From the IMG/VR virus record IMGVR_UViG_3300037484_000333, positions 8,635 to 72,634 of that record: DNA of 64,000 nt. One strand, 5' to 3'. The notes under the pieces were generated by a model. The model made no database searches and had not been told where the DNA came from. It saw nothing but the letters and a program-made list of their open reading frames with translations. This document shows, piece by piece, positions 1 through 9,476 of the stretch. The position numbers and the translations under genes are program-made. This DNA comes from a virus. Taxonomy: Duplodnaviria > Caudoviricetes. The stretch's first letter is position 1; every line of letters starts with the position of its first letter.

Positions 1-3000
1 GATAGTCTAGTACGTAGAGAGGCCTTCGAGGGTGGCCGCTCTATCACCAATATAGCCATGCACGACTATATGGTCCAGGGCCAGTGGGACTACTGGCTGA
101 GGTGGTTCGCACCCTTCCAGTTTTGGTGGACTAGGTCACTATCCAAGATGCCCCTATACATGGCCGATAGGCCTGGGCTGTGGGCAACCTTCAATAGGAT
201 TATTCAGTCCACTGGTGAGAGGGGTGGTTTCTGGTGGGTCACGGACGAACAGCTTAAGGAGAACCCTGAGGTTGGAGAAGCCTTAATCAGATACCGTCAC
301 AAGATCGGCCTACCCTTCAGTGTCAACGTACCTGGTATGGGTGAGGCACAGCCTTACGTCAACCCTTGGAACTGGTTGCCACTATCCCCTATGATGCGGT
401 GGCAGCAAGATGACCAAATGGGTACCAACGTTGGTAAGTTGGCAAACATGGTAGACGGATATGGGTTTGGAATGACTCCACTCCTAGAGGAAGCCATGAT
501 TGGTATGGGGTGGTATGGTGAAGAAGCCAAGAGAAACCAAGGTCTATTCCTCACTAACTTCATTCCAGCACAGGTAGCTGAGATAGCGTTCAAGGGTTTC
601 TCAGGTGGAAAGCTCATACCTTGGAGTACTCCCCAAGACTTCTATGGTGCTAGGCTGGCCCTCCTAAACGACTACTCCAACGATACTGATATGACAGACC
701 AGGACTTCATGGACGCCCTGGCAGAGATAGACAAGTATGAAGGGCAGTTCATGTTTGGCATACCCAGCTTCAATAGCAAGTTCGCACGAGAAGCCTGGGT
801 AGAAGCTTCCAACTACCGAACTCTTAAGCAGGGGCTGTCTCTCGGAACCTCACTAAACGTCTCCCTTAAGTTTGAAGGGGAGACCAACAGTCGCGCAGCC
901 TTTAAGCGTATGGAAAAGAAGATACAAGACTTGAGGTTGAGGTTGGGAAGCGGAGCTATTGGAAGACGGGAATATGGTGACCTCTTAGAAGACGCCTTTG
1001 CCAGCGAACCAATGGGTAAGGTCTACTACTACTTTAGGGGAGACCCAGATGTCAATGCTGGTAGGGAAGACTATTACAGTACTGACGAGGAGATTAAGAA
1101 GAACTTCTTCAGTGAGGTCAGAGGCCTAGCGCCTGGAGACCCTAAGATTGATACCGCCTCTAGTAAGGCTTACGAAGACCGACAAGCTGCTCTACAGGAA
1201 ACTCTAGAGCAGTATAACATCACTGAAGATCAGCTGTTCGGTACCAGTATGAGATGGTGGGAACAGACCTACCCACGTATCTTAAAGGACATAGTTGGTG
1301 GACAGGCTACACCTGAAGACCTTGAGGAAGCTGCCAAAGTCATTACCTGGAGCCAAGACCTACTGGCGGTTCAGGCTGGGAACTTCCTACAGTATGGTAC
1401 TCCCATAGAAACTCCAGAAGAAGTTGGCAAGGCAATGGCCCTAGCCTACTGGGGTATGGATGAGGAAACCTTTAGGGTGGCTGGTGATATAGAGTGGGGA
1501 GACTTCTTTGATACCCAGGAACAGCTGGTTACTAACATGCCTCCAGGTGTTCAAGACCAAATCCTCAAGTTCATTAGAGACCCTGATAAGGTACCACCTG
1601 AGAAGGCTATCCAGGATGTGTATAACAGGCGTGTCCTTAGCCCGTACTATGACGCTAGGAACGCTGCAGTTGAGGGTATAGAAGACCCCGCTGAAGTGCA
1701 GGCTGCTATTGATAAGTTTGATAAAGAGTATGCCATGCCCACTACTGAGGAGTTTGTCCAGTGGGTATTGGATGATTACAACACCGCTTACTGGTTGAAT
1801 GACATACTGCCACACGTGTATACCAAGGAACAGATTGAGAATGCTATGGTTGGACTTGACCACCCAGCTAAACACCAAGCGTTCAGTTGGGAGAACAAGA
1901 TGGAAGTTCTTAAAGCCGATCCAACCAAGACTTTCAGGGCACCTAGTGGAGTTACGGTTGACCAGTTCAACGTTGGGCTCTTTCAGAAGGAACTCGACCA
2001 GCGTGATCAGTATATAGTTTTTAAGGAGATGGAACAACGTGGTGAAGCTGTCAATATGCGAGACCATGCCTACCCCTATGACGGTCAGTTCTTCAGTAAG
2101 GGACAGAAGGCGACTGAAGACTATCAGATAGTTGCCAAGCTCATCAATGAGAGAGACTCCATACTTAGGATAGCACCCAGACTAGCCGATGGTAGCATTG
2201 ACCCAGCTTGGTTAGGACTACGGAGAGAAGACGGTATGACGTGGGCTGGCAAGCTGACTAAGCTTGACTCTGATATAGCCAAGTACACGGAGGTACTTGG
2301 GGCAGATACTGAAGCAGCCCTCGGTGTTGGTGGAGGTACTGGCACAGCATTCACAGGCCCCACACCTGGTATAGCCCAAGTATCCAAGGTAGCACCAGTA
2401 ACTTATAAGACCCTTACAGACTTCTACGTTATGGGTGGAAGGGACTTCCTTGGTGACCTTAGCAAGCTGTGGCAAGGTCAGAAGACTATCAGTGAGAACG
2501 ATATGGTGCCACTAATCAGCCTGTATAATAACTTCTCGTTTGGAGCCACATCGTTTGACCAGTGGATCAACGTGACTCTACCTTCCATCTTCAACGCCCA
2601 ATCACTGGAGATGTTGGTACTACAAGAAACAAGCGCGTTGGGCAACCTACAGAAATGGTGGGCTGGCAAGACCGCCCTAACACCCGACACACAGGCAAAC
2701 CTATACGAGATATTCCAACTTACACACCCTGCAGGCGGTGACTTTGTAGCTTGGGTAACCAAGGAACTAAAGGACCAATTCACTAGCCGAGGCAAAGAAG
2801 TGTTTGATTGGCTGGGAGGCACATCTTGGCTACCACACTATGAAGTAGCTTGGGGTGGTGGAGAAATGTCCTCAGACGCTAGAGAGTTCGCCATCGACCT
2901 ATACTCCAAGATGCCTATGGGTGCGGACACCTTCACCGAGTGGATGTATGAAACACTACCCAGGTCTCTTGGGCAGCAGGTGGTTAAAGCCACTACTGAC

Positions 3001-4056
3001 CCTCAAACTGACACACTATACGGCATCCTCACTAGTGGGGGAGACGCCCTGTGGGACGACATCATCAACCATGTCAAGCTTGGTGAGCCCCTATCACCTA
3101 CTGCTGAGAAGACCCTTTGGACCCTATACAGCCAGTTTAGTGGCAACGCCAACAGCTTCACAGATTGGCTCAGTACTACCATTCCCAACCTGGTTAAGAC
3201 CAGTCCGGCAAGGGTTATAGGCCTGGTAGGTGTAGCAGACCTTGAGAACCTTGTAGACTTTTGGGCTGGATACAATACCCTCAAACCACAGGTCAACGAA
3301 CGCCTGTATAAGATGTGGGCATTGATTGGGTCCACTGAAGACTATGAGAAGTGGGTCAAAGAGACCCTCTTGAAAGACTACCAGAAGAACCAAGTGCAGA
3401 TATTCCTAGACTTGGGAGGGTCGGCTATGGTTGATGACTTGAGGGCTTACTGGGAGAAAGGTGCTCCACTGGCCAAACAGGTGATGGATAACCTCGATGA
3501 GCTGTGGCAGCGCACACCTATGGGTAGTGAAAGTACTGAGGACTGGATTGAGAATATCCTACCAGCAGAGTTCGGCAAGTTCTCAGGTGTCCAAATAGCT
3601 AAGCTGGACGCATGGTCTAGGTTTATGGCCTTAGGTGGTAAGGGTATTATGGGTTCTCTGGTCAAGTACTGGTACCAGGGTATCAAGCAACCTACCAATG
3701 ACTATGACAAGCTGAAGAAGATATACGCACAGATGCCGCTTGGGGCTGAGACTGTTACCGAGTGGAGAAATGAAACACTGCTTTCCCTCTATGAAGGTCA
3801 GGGTAGTAGGGCTGGATCAGGTACCCGCGTTACCTGGACTAACTTCACCTTTATGGCTTCCAAGGTACTGGGAAGAGACTACAAACCCATCATGTCAGAG
3901 CTTGTACGGTCCTTCCAGCGTGGTAAGAGACCTTCCGGTAATGTCATAAAGGCCGTTAACCGTGTTCTCAAACTTGGCATCTTCACTAAACAGTGGGGCA
4001 ATACTAACGAATTCTTAGACATCCTATACGCTGCGTGGTCTAACACGCGTGGATAG
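1..4056 (+). CDS. Giant virion-associated (probable internal/ejection) protein with C-terminal helical repeats; 5'-truncated by the window
   Basis: The frame is open from base 1 (DSLVRREAFEGGRSITNIA-M58). It lies directly upstream of scaffold and capsid. About 7-8 repeats of ~63 aa occur in the C-terminal 550 aa. Confidence 0.6.
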   Translation, partial: DSLVRREAFEGGRSITNIAMHDYMVQGQWDYWLRWFAPFQFWWTRSLSKMPLYMADRPGLWATFNRIIQSTGERGGFWWVTDEQLKENPEVGEALIRYRHKIGLPFSVNVPGMGEAQPYVNPWNWLPLSPMMRWQQDDQMGTNVGKLANMVDGYGFGMTPLLEEAMIGMGWYGEEAKRNQGLFLTNFIPAQVAEIAFKGFSGGKLIPWSTPQDFYGARLALLNDYSNDTDMTDQDFMDALAEIDKYEGQFMFGIPSFNSKFAREAWVEASNYRTLKQGLSLGTSLNVSLKFEGETNSRAAFKRMEKKIQDLRLRLGSGAIGRREYGDLLEDAFASEPMGKVYYYFRGDPDVNAGREDYYSTDEEIKKNFFSEVRGLAPGDPKIDTASSKAYEDRQAALQETLEQYNITEDQLFGTSMRWWEQTYPRILKDIVGGQATPEDLEEAAKVITWSQDLLAVQAGNFLQYGTPIETPEEVGKAMALAYWGMDEETFRVAGDIEWGDFFDTQEQLVTNMPPGVQDQILKFIRDPDKVPPEKAIQDVYNRRVLSPYYDARNAAVEGIEDPAEVQAAIDKFDKEYAMPTTEEFVQWVLDDYNTAYWLNDILPHVYTKEQIENAMVGLDHPAKHQAFSWENKMEVLKADPTKTFRAPSGVTVDQFNVGLFQKELDQRDQYIVFKEMEQRGEAVNMRDHAYPYDGQFFSKGQKATEDYQIVAKLINERDSILRIAPRLADGSIDPAWLGLRREDGMTWAGKLTKLDSDIAKYTEVLGADTEAALGVGGGTGTAFTGPTPGIAQVSKVAPVTYKTLTDFYVMGGRDFLGDLSKLWQGQKTISENDMVPLISLYNNFSFGATSFDQWINVTLPSIFNAQSLEMLVLQETSALGNLQKWWAGKTALTPDTQANLYEIFQLTHPAGGDFVAWVTKELKDQFTSRGKEVFDWLGGTSWLPHYEVAWGGGEMSSDAREFAIDLYSKMPMGADTFTEWMYETLPRSLGQQVVKATTDPQTDTLYGILTSGGDALWDDIINHVKLGEPLSPTAEKTLWTLYSQFSGNANSFTDWLSTTIPNLVKTSPARVIGLVGVADLENLVDFWAGYNTLKPQVNERLYKMWALIGSTEDYEKWVKETLLKDYQKNQVQIFLDLGGSAMVDDLRAYWEKGAPLAKQVMDNLDELWQRTPMGSESTEDWIENILPAEFGKFSGVQIAKLDAWSRFMALGGKGIMGSLVKYWYQGIKQPTNDYDKLKKIYAQMPLGAETVTEWRNETLLSLYEGQGSRAGSGTRVTWTNFTFMASKVLGRDYKPIMSELVRSFQRGKRPSGNVIKAVNRVLKLGIFTKQWGNTNEFLDILYAAWSNTRG

Positions 4057-4072
4057 TGATATAATTATAGGT
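4057..4072 (+). promoter_or_regulatory. Extended -10 promoter (TGATATAAT) for scaffold/capsid
   Basis: TGATATAATTATAGGT; near-identical to 55150-55165 and similar to 59210-59224. Confidence 0.55.
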
Positions 4073-4100
4073 AGGACTTTAACAGTCAAGGAGGTGAATA

Positions 4101-4859
4101 ATGCCGGACCAAGAAGTTAATCCAGGCACTGATGAGGATACTGATGATACGGTCGTGGAGGTTGACAAGTCAATCTTAAGCGATGACGGTACAGCAGTCA
4201 TCCCTGAGGTCTCCGAGGAGGAGAGCGAGGTTGAGACGCTAGAAGTAGCCGAACCCTTACTTGCGCAGCTTAGAGATAAGCTCGCCAAGCAGAAGGATGG
4301 TTATGAAGGGCGTATCGGCAAGTTGCTTGAGGCCAACGACAGGCGGCTTAAGGAAGTAAAGGACGAGTACTCAGGGTACGCGTCCGACCTTCAGAACTGG
4401 GCCAAACAGCAGGTAACATCCGTCCAGGACTACTACGAGAATGTCTTGGAGAACGAGTTGTCTGCAGAACGCTTGGCTGAACACTATCGCACAATGCGCC
4501 GCAAGGAAAAGGAAGCACGCGATCAGGTTCAGCGGATAGCAGTTCAACCAGCAGCGAAGGAGCTAGAGCCGTCTAAGGAGCCAGAGAGCACAGAATCTCC
4601 TGAACTACTGGAGCGCTTATCCAAACTGGAGGCCGAACTGAATGCCACCAAGAAACTGCTGGTTGAATCCGATAAGGAGACACACAGGGTTACTGGTGGT
4701 GGAACTGGTGGAGGCCCGAGAGGTGTTAAGCCAGTGACTGCCCGCGACGAACTGTTGCAAGACCTGCAGGCTCAAGCAGCCGAGGCCAAGCGTACAGGTA
4801 AAATGGGTGATGCGATTAGGCTGAAGGGTGAAATAGCGCTCCTTAAATCACAACGCTAA
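4101..4859 (+). CDS. Capsid scaffolding protein
   Basis: Acidic N-terminus, coiled-coil core, basic C-terminal helix; immediately upstream of the major capsid gene; SD AAGGAGG. Confidence 0.7.
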   Translation: MPDQEVNPGTDEDTDDTVVEVDKSILSDDGTAVIPEVSEEESEVETLEVAEPLLAQLRDKLAKQKDGYEGRIGKLLEANDRRLKEVKDEYSGYASDLQNWAKQQVTSVQDYYENVLENELSAERLAEHYRTMRRKEKEARDQVQRIAVQPAAKELEPSKEPESTESPELLERLSKLEAELNATKKLLVESDKETHRVTGGGTGGGPRGVKPVTARDELLQDLQAQAAEAKRTGKMGDAIRLKGEIALLKSQR

Positions 4860-4879
4860 TAAGAAAGGAGTGAAACAAC

Positions 4880-6124
4880 ATAGCACCTACAGTCCAAACA
4901 TCTGCTAGAACTTCGTATGGCGCATCTCCCAGTGGAGTCGTCAAGAAGCTTAATCTGGTTGAGTTTATCGACCTGCTTACGCCGACTGAGGTTCCTGTTC
5001 TGAGCTACCTTGGGTGGGCTAAGGAAGCTGGTCCTGCAGCTGGAGCTGACTCGCTCAGTATCCCGTGCACCCAGCAAATCCACCAGTGGCAGAACGACGA
5101 ACTGGTTCCGAGTGAGAGCACTATCGCGGCTGGAGAGACTGACAACCATGCTACCACTGGTAGCATTACCCTGTCGGTAGCTACCGGTACTGGTGTCTAC
5201 TTCCGGACTGGTGATGTCGTTATCGTTGATAGCGTCACCACCACTGAGAAGCCGAACACCTACCTGGTTACTGGGGTCTCTACTGATGCCCTGACCCTCC
5301 TGTTTGTTGCAGGAACTGCTACAGGCGAAACCGCCAGTCAGGTCATCAGGAAGATCGGACAGGCTTTCCCCGAAGGGACTGACATCGCCGACACAGGTGT
5401 TGCCCTTTACCGTAGCACGTCTATCAGCCAGACTGAGAATTATCCTCAGATTTGGTATGAAGTCGCTAAGGTTACAGGCAGCCTTCTGTCTACCGAGGTC
5501 TACGGTATCTCTGACCAGCTGGGCTACCAGGTCGAGAAGAAATTCAAGGAACTGGTAATTCAGATGGAGGGAGCCTTCATCTACGGACAGCGGCACGCCA
5601 CCCTTAACTCTGATCGCTACACTGCTGGAGGTCTTGCCTACTTTGTGCGGGACAACGCTACCAACGCCACTAACGGCCTTTACCTGACAGCGGCTGGTGC
5701 GGCCCTCACTGAGAGCATGTTCAATACCCTACTGGAGAACGTTTGGAAGCAGGGCGGCAAGCCCGACACTTGTTTCGTTAACAGCACCCAGAAGCGGTAC
5801 ATGAACAGCTGGCTAACCCCCTACGTTCGGACAGAACGAGATAACCGCGTAGCTGGCATCTTGACTTCCCAGTACGAATCGGACTTCGGGACTATCAACA
5901 TTGTGCTTGACCGCAATGTTCGACAGTCCGACCTGATCATATGCTCGAAGGACAAGCTGGGTATCGGGCCTCTCAAGGGCAACGGTAAGGACAGGAGTTT
6001 CTTCTTGGAGACTCTGCCCAAGACCGGAGACCACGAACGGGCTCAGATCATCGGTGAGTACACCTTTGAAGTTCGTAACAACACCCAGGCTCACGGCTGG
6101 TACGCATTCTTGGCTACATCTTAA
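4880..6124 (+). CDS. Major capsid protein, DUF5309/SU10-like, 414 aa, predicted ATA start
   Basis: SD AAGGAG, 9 nt, then ATA GCA CCT; in-frame TGA at 4871 and no ATG/GTG/TTG until 5564. Motifs FIDLLTPTEVPVLSYLG, HQWQNDEL, MEGAFIYG, RYTAGGL, LPKTGDHERAQIIGEYTFEVRN. Confidence 0.85.
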   Translation: MAPTVQTSARTSYGASPSGVVKKLNLVEFIDLLTPTEVPVLSYLGWAKEAGPAAGADSLSIPCTQQIHQWQNDELVPSESTIAAGETDNHATTGSITLSVATGTGVYFRTGDVVIVDSVTTTEKPNTYLVTGVSTDALTLLFVAGTATGETASQVIRKIGQAFPEGTDIADTGVALYRSTSISQTENYPQIWYEVAKVTGSLLSTEVYGISDQLGYQVEKKFKELVIQMEGAFIYGQRHATLNSDRYTAGGLAYFVRDNATNATNGLYLTAAGAALTESMFNTLLENVWKQGGKPDTCFVNSTQKRYMNSWLTPYVRTERDNRVAGILTSQYESDFGTINIVLDRNVRQSDLIICSKDKLGIGPLKGNGKDRSFFLETLPKTGDHERAQIIGEYTFEVRNNTQAHGWYAFLATS

Positions 6125-6134
6125 TAGAGCATTC

Positions 6135-6163
6135 TGAGGGGTGGAAGTAGCCTCCACCCCTCA
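6135..6163 (+). terminator. 11-bp hairpin after the capsid gene (terminator/attenuator or mRNA stabiliser)
   Basis: TGAGGGGTGGA-AGTAGCC-TCCACCCCTCA; no U-tract. Confidence 0.5.
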
Positions 6164-6177
6164 CAGTGAGGTAAAAC

Positions 6178-6264
6178 ATGGGTAAAGACGTAAGGATTAT
6201 GGCCCCACCTGCTAAGGCAGATGTCGCTATCGGGCCATCCAAAGAAGAGAAGAAAGGGGGTTAG
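6178..6264 (+). CDS. 28-aa hypothetical protein
   Basis: SD GAGG plus ATG; MGKDVRIMAPPAKADVAIGPSKEEKKGG; fills the gap between genes. Confidence 0.4.
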   Translation: MGKDVRIMAPPAKADVAIGPSKEEKKGG

Positions 6265-6267
6265 AAT

Positions 6268-6699
6268 TTGACCGTTTCAGCTAAGTGGTACACTAACGCC
6301 TTTAAGGGTGCCTTCAACAAGGAGGCTGACTTCAACGACGGCACAGCTACTGTGATGTTGCTGACCAACGCTGCGGTTATCAACCAGATTACCAACGACT
6401 TCATCAGTGACCTTGATGGTAATGAGGTGACTGGTACTGGTTATACTGCAGATGGGCAGGCTCTAGTCAATGCTGCCGTCACCAATGCCACAAACGTTGC
6501 CACGTTCGATGCAGATGACGTGACTTGGGCCAACTCCACCATTTCCGCCCAGTTCGCCATCCTGTATATGAACACAGGTACTAATACAACCAGCCGAGTC
6601 CTCAGTTACGTGGACTTTGGAGCAACTGAAGTCAGCTCTGCTGGATCATTTACGATCACCTGGAACGCTTCCGGTATCGCAACCATCACAGCAGCTTAG
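6268..6699 (+). CDS. Minor virion structural protein (beta-rich)
   Basis: Pattern GTGYTADGQAL...TWANSTISAQFAILY...LSYVDFG...FTITW typical of a phage structural family. Confidence 0.6.
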   Translation: MTVSAKWYTNAFKGAFNKEADFNDGTATVMLLTNAAVINQITNDFISDLDGNEVTGTGYTADGQALVNAAVTNATNVATFDADDVTWANSTISAQFAILYMNTGTNTTSRVLSYVDFGATEVSSAGSFTITWNASGIATITAA

Positions 6700-6714
6700 T
6701 AGTAAGGAGTGACA

Positions 6715-8058
6715 ATGGACGCACAAAAGGCGGTAATAGCCGTCTGTGCATGGCGTCAAGTAGAGGTGGCTACTGCTACCTGTCTACATAAAGCTGACGA
6801 AGCGGGCTATAATGTCCACTACCATTGGAACGACGCCCTGATCTCTAGGGCGAGGTCTACTGTGGCTTCTAACTTCCTAAGGGAGTGGTCACAGTATGAC
6901 CTCCTAGTATTTATCGACACAGACATTGTGTTCGACTTGGATACTTTGGAAAAGGTCTGTGACCTTGCCCTAGAGAAACAGGCAGTGGCAGTCAGCCCCT
7001 ACGCCGTCAGGAAGGGAAAGCACCCCTGGCTGGCCTTCCGCCAGCTGGATGATGGTACCCCCATCAAGGTGGGACGAGGGACTAATCCTGTGCCTATAAA
7101 GTATGGAGCCACTGGATTTATGGCTATACCAAGGAGTATCTTGGAGAAGATGGCTGACACCCTTCCATACTGTAACGATCAGACTAGTGGTGGGTTGTAT
7201 CCATTCTTCCTCCCTATGACGCAAGAACAGCCTCAAGGGTACATTGAGTATCTGAGTGAGGATTGGGCTTTCTGTCAACGAGTGCAAGACTGTGGTATGG
7301 AAGTATGGTTACGCTCTGACACATCCGTAGGGCATATGGGAGTTTATGAGTTCACGTTGGCCGACGTGCTCAAGGACTCCGCTTTCCAGACTGAGAAGGA
7401 TTTGGCGGCTGAGGACCTGGCAGAGTACTGGACGTTCTTAGGTAGAGACCTCCCAAACAGTTGGGATGAAGGTGCAATACTCAAGGAGCTGTCAAACAAA
7501 TGGAAAGAAGCCGACCCACAAACTCCAGAAGAGGTGGATGAGTTCTATAAGGGCCAAGATGCTTACCTAATAGACTTGGTTAATCTCAACTCTATGGACT
7601 GGTACTGGAGAAAGGTTGGTAACATCTTAGCGCTAACCGGTGAAGTGGCAGACTTTGGAGGTGGCAACGGGTCAGTATCTATTGCCCTAGCTAGACGAGG
7701 TTGTAAGGTTCACTATGTTGAGCTTAACAGCCCTCAGAAGGATTTCGCAGTGTGGAGGTTCATAAAGCATAAGGTACCAATTGCTGTCCATTCTGAGATC
7801 AACGGACTTAAGAACCTGGACGCTATTGCGGCAGTAGAGACTATGGAACATATACACCCTGACGCCCTACCACAATATGCCCAACAGTTCTATGATGCAT
7901 TAAAACCTGGTGGGCAAGTGCGTACTGCCAGCAGCTTTGGCAAGAGTGAGGTCTCTCCAATGCACTATGATACAGCCCAACAGTTTAAGGAAGCTATGTA
8001 TACAGCAGGATTTACGGGAGGCCCATCTATTTGGGTTAAGAGACCGGAGGTGAGTTAG
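6715..8058 (+). CDS. GT-A glycosyltransferase fused to a class I SAM methyltransferase
   Basis: N-terminal ISRARS...LLVFIDTDIVF (DxD)...SEDWAFC...GHMG; C-terminal VADFGGGNG, VELN, ETMEH, LKPGG. Confidence 0.8.
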   Translation: MDAQKAVIAVCAWRQVEVATATCLHKADEAGYNVHYHWNDALISRARSTVASNFLREWSQYDLLVFIDTDIVFDLDTLEKVCDLALEKQAVAVSPYAVRKGKHPWLAFRQLDDGTPIKVGRGTNPVPIKYGATGFMAIPRSILEKMADTLPYCNDQTSGGLYPFFLPMTQEQPQGYIEYLSEDWAFCQRVQDCGMEVWLRSDTSVGHMGVYEFTLADVLKDSAFQTEKDLAAEDLAEYWTFLGRDLPNSWDEGAILKELSNKWKEADPQTPEEVDEFYKGQDAYLIDLVNLNSMDWYWRKVGNILALTGEVADFGGGNGSVSIALARRGCKVHYVELNSPQKDFAVWRFIKHKVPIAVHSEINGLKNLDAIAAVETMEHIHPDALPQYAQQFYDALKPGGQVRTASSFGKSEVSPMHYDTAQQFKEAMYTAGFTGGPSIWVKRPEVS

Positions 8059-9476
8059 TGGCTGATGCCAATGTAATAGCAGTAGTCGGTACTGCTGACT
8101 CAGCGGCGGGTGTACCTACCGTTGGGTCTGGAACTTTATACTATGTCAGTGTGACTGAAGGGAACGACAGTTATGACGGTACTTCACCGGTCTTTATTGA
8201 TGGTACCATCGGTCCAAAACTGACTATTGCCGGTGCCGAAGCGATTGTCAAAGGAGCTGGTGATATAGTTTATGTGGGACCTGGTACCTACTACGAAAAG
8301 GTGACACTAACCGATAGTGGGGTACTAGGTAGCCCTATTCAGTGGATTGCCGACCCGGAATGTTTACATTGTACGGGGGACTTTCCTGGTGTTGTGAGGT
8401 GGTCTGCTGCAGATTCTGACGACACGCAGGGTACCACGCCTGCTCTCGACTTCGGTAGCGTCACCTACGCTGAGGCGTGGGGGTTCATCTTCGACGGTAC
8501 CTACAGCACAACCAAGGGCACGGTCCACCGGACGGGTGGGGCGGATTTGACCTGCAAGGTGTACGACTGCATCGCGTCGGGCTTCAGTGGGATAAGGAAC
8601 GTCTGGACGGCCCGCTGCTTAGCAATGGGAGCGACTTGTTTCGGCAGTTGCTACAGCGAAAACTGCATCGCCCTTGGCGGGGCCTCCTATGGTTTCGGAG
8701 GGTGGGTGGACGGGTCGAGGAACAATCTGGCGATTGGGTGCTACATCGGGTTCAATCAGTCAGCCGCTTGGGCCATTACGATCTACAACTGCGTGGCCGT
8801 GGCCTGCAACATTGGCTTCTACGGCGGCGCTGCCGCTGACCAGCTGGCTGCACTCAAGTGCCACGTCTGCTATTGCCCGATAGGCTTCCAGGGCATGGTC
8901 ATAACCGACTGCACCCGCGCTTTGTGCCAGGTTCCCTACACCGCGTGCACCGGCGTCACCACTGAAAGCGATGTGGTTGTCTTCCCGAACTTCGATCTCC
9001 TGAAGCGGGCGCTGGAGCCGCTGCCTACAGACAGCCTATATGAAGCTGGCAACGCTACCTACGTTCCTACCACCACCGACTTGCTCAATCGTACTAGGGT
9101 GGCTAATACTATAGACATTGGTCCCTATGAGCTGGCTTCAGTCTCCCTAGCTTGGTCAGTTGCTAGCTATTACGCAACACCGCCTAGTATCACCATGGTT
9201 GGTGTTGGGGAAAAGGTTATCCAGATTTCGGCTGAGAAGGACGTAGAGAAGACCATCAAGGTCTGGACAAAATGTTCGACTGGAACCACCACAATGCCAC
9301 AAATAATCCTTAGGGGTAAAAGTATATCTGCCCAAACCGATACTGTAGGTACCGCCAACGCGTGGGAACAGTTGACTGTTACTGCCACACCCACGATAAA
9401 CGAGGTATTAGAGCTTATATTAAAAGGTCGGGAGGCGGCAAAGATTGTCTACTGGTCCGACTTCGAGGTTGTATAG
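8058..9476 (+). CDS. Right-handed beta-helix (pectate-lyase-like) virion/receptor-binding protein
   Basis: YYVSVTEGNDSYDGTSP...LTIAGA...VYVGPGTYYE start, Cys/Gly-rich beta-helix rungs, DIGPYE motif. Confidence 0.65.
   Translation: MADANVIAVVGTADSAAGVPTVGSGTLYYVSVTEGNDSYDGTSPVFIDGTIGPKLTIAGAEAIVKGAGDIVYVGPGTYYEKVTLTDSGVLGSPIQWIADPECLHCTGDFPGVVRWSAADSDDTQGTTPALDFGSVTYAEAWGFIFDGTYSTTKGTVHRTGGADLTCKVYDCIASGFSGIRNVWTARCLAMGATCFGSCYSENCIALGGASYGFGGWVDGSRNNLAIGCYIGFNQSAAWAITIYNCVAVACNIGFYGGAAADQLAALKCHVCYCPIGFQGMVITDCTRALCQVPYTACTGVTTESDVVVFPNFDLLKRALEPLPTDSLYEAGNATYVPTTTDLLNRTRVANTIDIGPYELASVSLAWSVASYYATPPSITMVGVGEKVIQISAEKDVEKTIKVWTKCSTGTTTMPQIILRGKSISAQTDTVGTANAWEQLTVTATPTINEVLELILKGREAAKIVYWSDFEVV

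Noticed and set aside
4856-5596. 246-aa minus-strand ORF and similar antisense ORFs in the track
   Set aside because: Shadow frames of the capsid and other well-supported genes; no motifs or SD.
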